A DNA stretch of 20,000 bases, from IMG/VR virus record IMGVR_UViG_3300012346_000469, one strand, 5' to 3'. The notes below the pieces were generated by a model. The model was given only the letters and a program-made list of their open reading frames with translations, ran no database searches and was not told where the DNA came from. Positions 16,496 to 20,000 of this stretch are shown here, in pieces. Position 1 is the first letter of the stretch, and every line of letters starts with the position of its first letter. This DNA comes from an uncultured virus (IMG/VR IMGVR_UViG_3300012346_000469). Lineage: Duplodnaviria > Heunggongvirae > Uroviricota > Caudoviricetes. The translations under genes were made by a program, and so were the position numbers.

Positions 16496-16571
16496 TCTGG
16501 GGTAGCACAGTGGTAGTTGCATCTGGCTGTTAACCAGAATGTCGTTGGTTCGATCCCAACCCCCAGAGCCA
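16496..16571 (+). tRNA. tRNA-Asn (GTT)
   Basis: Acceptor TCTGGGG/CCCCAGA, anticodon arm TCTGG-CTGTTAA-CCAGA, G73, CCA. Confidence 0.95.
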
Positions 16572-16576
16572 AATAA

Positions 16577-16653
16577 GCCCTCGTAGCTCAGTCGGTAGAG
16601 CACCTGTTTTGTACTCAGGAGGCCGGGCGTTCGATTCGACCCCGAGGGCACCA
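16577..16653 (+). tRNA. tRNA-Thr (TGT), atypical
   Basis: Acceptor GCCCTCG/CGAGGGC, loop TT-TGT-AC, U31.U39 mismatch, bulged A in the T-stem, CCA. Confidence 0.88.
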
Positions 16654-16662
16654 AAATATCTC

Positions 16663-16692
16663 TTGCACGTCCACCAACGTCTTTGCTATACT
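16663..16692 (+). promoter_or_regulatory. sigma70-like promoter
   Basis: TTGCAC (16663-16668), 18 nt, TATACT (16687-16692) with extended TG. Confidence 0.7.
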
Positions 16693-16697
16693 GGCCT

Positions 16698-16823
16698 CGT
16701 TGCCGTAGGAAGCGACGAAAATTGAGGCCGTTTACACATGCGTTCCGCCTTACCTGATGACCAGTTGAAGAGTCATGAGGTAAGGTTCCTACCGGACGCA
16801 GTTGTAAGCGGCCTTTTTCATTT
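16698..16823 (+). ncRNA. C4/CI-like antisense or attenuator RNA
   Basis: Leader hairpin loop GTAGGAA (16705-16711) is complementary to the bulge TTCCTAC (16786-16792) of a long irregular stem 16725-16814 that ends in a T-run. Confidence 0.6.
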
Positions 16824-16835
16824 CTACGTCAGCTC

Positions 16836-17190
16836 TGCGCTGATCCTTTTGGTGATACGAACGTTCTTGTTCAGCGCGAGAGCCATAAGAACTATCGACG
16901 TGGCAAGCGCGGGTGGGGATAGCGCTGATTGTTGGGTAAACCGCCAGAACGGAACCAGGTCGAGAGATTGGGGTGATCCGGGGCAACGGCAGCAATCAGG
17001 TCGAGCTTGGTCAGTGCGCTAAGAAGGGGTCTCACAATGGGCCTAAATGTCTGACAGCTGCGGCGGAGCATTGAGAGATGACCGCAGCCAAAAAGCGACG
17101 GAGCGACCGATGGGCGATTCCAGCATTTTGATCTTCAGCCAACCTCGCGTTTTGTGAGCTAGGGGTGGGCTGTGTCCGATTGCTCTGTCA
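16836..17190 (+). ncRNA. Large multi-helix non-coding element
   Basis: Nested helices 16836-45/17009-18, 16925-34/16990-99, 17052-57/17185-90, 17057-63/17082-88, 17101-06/17180-85, 17136-40/17168-72. No credible ORF. Confidence 0.45.
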
Positions 17191-17224
17191 CTCGGTCCGG
17201 GCGATAACCAGTGTGGAGATGGTG

Positions 17225-17821
17225 ATGTCAGAGAAGATGGAAGCGAGTAGGGTGAAGAGTAGTGCGCTGCCTTGGTACATCACATCCAGGGTGTGTGCTG
17301 CGGAGAGGCAAGGGCTGAGCGAGATAGAGCAGGCCTGCCTGGCCTTAGAGATAGACGGCATGCCCTGCCCCATGGCCACTGATCCAGAGCAGTGGGTGCG
17401 CGAGAACTTCTCATACATCTGTTTCAAGTACCGCGAAAAATATCCGCGGAATGCCGTGGCCACCGGCAAAACAAAAACTCAAAAGAAGCGCAAAAAGCAT
17501 CGTGCTTTGGAGCGACGTCAATCTGTACCAAAACCAGTGGCGCAAAGGCCCATCAAGGTGGCTGGCGTCGATGTGGCATCAGATGCCTTCCTGTCCACGT
17601 TTGAGTGGCGCAAAGTGCGCATGGAGGCCCTAAAGAAGTATGGCCCAAGGTGCCAGTGCTGCGGCGCCACTCCGGCCAATGGTGCCGTGATGAACGTTGA
17701 CCACATAAAGCCGCGCAAAAAGTGGCCAAGCCTGGCGCTTGATGTCAACAATTTGCAAATCCTTTGCCACGATTGCAACCATGGCAAAGGCAATTGGGAT
17801 GAAACGGACTGGCGGGCGTAA
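17225..17821 (+). CDS. HNH endonuclease (McrA-like, Zn-binding) with N-terminal extension
   Basis: GGAG 6 nt before ATG 17225. EWRKVR..RCQCCG..VDHIKP..NLQILCHDCNHGKGN. Confidence 0.88.
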   Translation: MSEKMEASRVKSSALPWYITSRVCAAERQGLSEIEQACLALEIDGMPCPMATDPEQWVRENFSYICFKYREKYPRNAVATGKTKTQKKRKKHRALERRQSVPKPVAQRPIKVAGVDVASDAFLSTFEWRKVRMEALKKYGPRCQCCGATPANGAVMNVDHIKPRKKWPSLALDVNNLQILCHDCNHGKGNWDETDWRA

Positions 17822-17846
17822 AAAAACCCGCCACTGAGGACGGGTT
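17819..17846 (-). terminator. Rho-independent terminator for the convergent (-) operon
   Basis: Minus strand reads AACCCG-tcctcagtgg-CGGGTTTTTTT. Confidence 0.7.
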
Positions 17847-17850
17847 CGGT

Positions 17851-18021
17851 TTACTCGGGGTCGTTCCAGATGTCCGGCGTCGCCCAGGCGAATAGGTGCT
17901 GCCACATGCTGATGCAGTCGCCACACTTCTCGTACATGAACTTGGCCAGCTCCAGTTGGTTTTTACGCTCCTGGAGCCACCACTCATGCGCCGTGTATGG
18001 TGGGTACTTGCGCATGCTCAT
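17851..18021 (-). CDS. Hypothetical protein (56 aa, not in ORF track)
   Basis: MSMRKYPPYTAHEWWLQERKNQLELAKFMYEKCGDCISMWQHLFAWATPDIWNDPE. Stops just before the terminator. Confidence 0.6.
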   Translation of the reverse strand: MSMRKYPPYTAHEWWLQERKNQLELAKFMYEKCGDCISMWQHLFAWATPDIWNDPE

Positions 18022-18445
18022 CGCCCAGCTTCAATACGGCGTAGCCTGTTAACGTCTTCATCAGCATCAGTCCGTGGAAGCTCAGGTCTTCTGCTATTTG
18101 CTTCCATTCCGGCTCCCGAGCAGGTGCTGCGAGTTCTGCTTTCAACAAAGCGATGGTCATGGCTTGGTCTGCCGCAATTGCTTCCCAGTCCTCCACTGGC
18201 GAACTGGAAGTTTTTTCTTGGTTCGCCAATTGCTCCCTTTTAAGTTCGCCATAGTTCCACACGGCTTCGCTCAGCCAGCCTTCTGTTTTGGTCAGCCTTG
18301 CTTCCAAGTCCTTTGCCGCTTCTTGAGCTTGGAACAACGCGGACTCGAGCGTGCCGATGCGCTTGTTAATCCAGTCGAGTTCGAGCTTGGTCCACACCCA
18401 TCCACCAACGAAGTCGGGATGATCTTCTGGTTTGATATTGCTCAT
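17984..18445 (-). CDS. Hypothetical phage protein, coiled-coil
   Basis: SD AAGGAG and ATGA coupling. Confidence 0.7.
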   Translation of the reverse strand: MSNIKPEDHPDFVGGWVWTKLELDWINKRIGTLESALFQAQEAAKDLEARLTKTEGWLSEAVWNYGELKREQLANQEKTSSSPVEDWEAIAADQAMTIALLKAELAAPAREPEWKQIAEDLSFHGLMLMKTLTGYAVLKLGDEHAQVPTIHGA

Positions 18446-19173
18446 GTGTTCTTCTCCTTGATTGCGGCCTCAATGGCACGGGCAAATGCCAAGGCCAAAC
18501 GCTCGTCTTGTGGTCGCAATGTTTGGTTCGTTGCCGTTATGTATGCCGTGTAAATCTCTCCGTTCGTCAGTGGCACGGCTGGCTGTTTTGCAGGTTCTGG
18601 GTATGCGTAGAGAGGCAATGCACGATGCTCGTTGGTAAAGTCTTCCGGGTTGTCGGTCACGCAGACAGACGTTCCATCAAGCGTGTAAACCATCCACGCC
18701 ACAGGATTTTGCTTCGCTTGCTCGGCCAGCAACTCCGTCCTCCCAGTGCAGTACCCATTTAGGTAGTTTGTCTTTTGCTTCTCAGCCGCATCAGTGGCAG
18801 CATCTCGACGGCCCTTCGCCATGCCGTCCATGTAGCCACGCTGGTATGCGGACTCGGACTGTTGCTGTGCGGGTGGGGTGGTGTCAAAATTGTTGCGCGG
18901 GTCAAGTCCGCCATCAGAAACGATGTCGCTGTATTGCGCCACCTTCTCCTGCATAGGTGCTGGTTTGTAGATGGCCTCAAGGGGGATCGGTTTGGCCATC
19001 AGTTTTTCGCCATCCCACCAGACTTTTGACACCTGTGTTCCGCCTGCTGGCTCATAGTCCAACCCCAACTCACGGGCATTCTCAGACATCTTGTTGAGGG
19101 CGCTTTCCACGGCCTGTTTGCGCATCTTGGACTCACGCTCGATGCGGTTGAACTCTTCGTCTTCGTCAGTCAT
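18442..19173 (-). CDS. Hypothetical mosaic phage protein (243 aa)
   Basis: Start ATG 19173 with SD GGAGG. Contains ENARELGLDYEP, PVAW..PLY and PLT..EI..FARAIEAA motifs common in phage accessory ORFs. Confidence 0.75.
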   Translation of the reverse strand: MTDEDEEFNRIERESKMRKQAVESALNKMSENARELGLDYEPAGGTQVSKVWWDGEKLMAKPIPLEAIYKPAPMQEKVAQYSDIVSDGGLDPRNNFDTTPPAQQQSESAYQRGYMDGMAKGRRDAATDAAEKQKTNYLNGYCTGRTELLAEQAKQNPVAWMVYTLDGTSVCVTDNPEDFTNEHRALPLYAYPEPAKQPAVPLTNGEIYTAYITATNQTLRPQDERLALAFARAIEAAIKEKNT

Positions 19174-19334
19174 TCGTCGTCCTCCATTTCGGTAATTTGA
19201 TCGTTCAAGATTTGCATCTTGGCAACTTCCATGCAGCCAATTGCAGTGGCTGTCAGCATGGACTCGCTGTACTTGTAGACCACTGCGATGATTTCGTCCA
19301 CAAGACCCTGGGCGATTGCTGCGTCGTATTTCAT
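19170..19334 (-). CDS. Hypothetical protein (54 aa, not in ORF track)
   Basis: MKYDAAIAQGLVDEIIAVVYKYSESMLTATAIGCMEVAKMQIL... with ATGA overlaps at both ends. Confidence 0.75.
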   Translation of the reverse strand: MKYDAAIAQGLVDEIIAVVYKYSESMLTATAIGCMEVAKMQILNDQITEMEDDE

Positions 19335-19576
19335 GCTTCATTCCTTTTGTTGATGCCGGCCAACAAGCCAGCGATGGTGTCAAACTCTTCGCCTGTGTCG
19401 AGCAACTTGAATGTCGCTTCACCGCTGCCCCACTCGCCGGTGCTGATCTTGCGTGGCGTGTAAACCTGCTTGGCAATCTTGTGCTCCTGGTTGACGTACT
19501 GGCGCAGGGCGTGATCCTCGGCGCTGTAGCCAAACGTGTATTGCAGTGGAATCTTTTGCAGGTCTTCCAGGGTCAT
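19331..19576 (-). CDS. Hypothetical protein
   Basis: SD GGAGGAG and ATGA overlaps at both ends. Confidence 0.75.
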   Translation of the reverse strand: MTLEDLQKIPLQYTFGYSAEDHALRQYVNQEHKIAKQVYTPRKISTGEWGSGEATFKLLDTGEEFDTIAGLLAGINKRNEA

Positions 19577-19728
19577 GGCTTCTCCTCCAAAACAATGCGC
19601 TCCAGCACACTCATGGAGCGCTGAATATCGTCAACAAGGTAATCTGGCAATCTGGTGGCCTGGCTGAACGCCCACGACTCCAGCGCGGACAGCAGCTTGA
19701 TGGCTTGCAGTGCTTCTTCTTTGCTCAT
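19573..19728 (-). CDS. Hypothetical protein (51 aa, not in ORF track)
   Basis: MSKEEALQAIKLLSALESWAFS..LPDYL. SD AAGGAG and ATGA overlaps. Confidence 0.75.
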   Translation of the reverse strand: MSKEEALQAIKLLSALESWAFSQATRLPDYLVDDIQRSMSVLERIVLEEKP

Positions 19729-20000
19729 GCTCTCGCTCCTTCAACGATGACCCATTGGGTCTTTGGTTTTTTGTAATGCGTGCCCCACTTCTGGCGATCT
19801 TTGGGGTGAGGGCAGTCGTCGGGCACAGGCACCGCAACCCACACCTTTTCAAACTGACCGCGCTTGCCGACCCGCCAACGGTCAACATACACATCCGGCA
19901 TGGCACGCAGCGCCGTCCGCACGTTGGACACATGCACGCCGGTGATCTCGGCAATCTCCGCTGGCGTCATGCCGCTTGGGCGTGAGCGCAGCAGTGTGCG
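19725..20000 (-). CDS. Winged-helix/HTH-like protein (5' truncated by window edge)
   Basis: RTLLRSRPSGMTPAEIAEITGVHVSNVRTALRAM. Frame is open to the right edge. Confidence 0.7.
   Translation of the reverse strand, partial: RTLLRSRPSGMTPAEIAEITGVHVSNVRTALRAMPDVYVDRWRVGKRGQFEKVWVAVPVPDDCPHPKDRQKWGTHYKKPKTQWVIVEGARA

Noticed and set aside
16754..16790. Hammerhead ribozyme core CTGATGA
   Set aside because: No GAAA after a stem II; the sequence lies inside a simple hairpin.
15883..17022. ORFs 15883-16197, 16185-16433 and 16738-17022
   Set aside because: They overlap a terminator, tRNAs and RNA stems, and lack protein-like composition.
18442..19533. 363-aa ORF as listed
   Set aside because: The 5' part overlaps two better ATGA-coupled genes; the true start is probably ATG 19173.

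Overview
Window from a tailed dsDNA phage or prophage; the host is possibly betaproteobacterial (inference). Left arm (+): end of a probable virion ejection gene and a 2539-aa polyvalent protein (GNAT, HExxH metallopeptidase, ART-like and LPD38-like modules). Middle (-): a tightly coupled operon with a PD-(D/E)XK exonuclease, an Acb2/Tad1-like protein, an SPFH lipoprotein, small membrane proteins, ERF, an inserted HNH endonuclease, SSB and small ORFs. A divergent (+) block holds a VRR-NUC-like nuclease, about 1.35 kb of RNA-rich DNA (candidate anti-RBS sRNA, hairpin RNAs, four tRNAs, a C4-like RNA, a large multi-helix element) and a second HNH gene. A convergent (-) block of hypothetical genes ends the window. 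Most notable: (1) an sRNA near-perfectly antisense to the RBS of a phage gene 3.2 kb away; (2) an HNH insertion that orphaned the ssb start and rebuilt it with an ATT codon; (3) a large structured non-coding element abutting an HNH gene; (4) a non-canonical initiator tRNA. All family calls are from motif recognition, not database searches.
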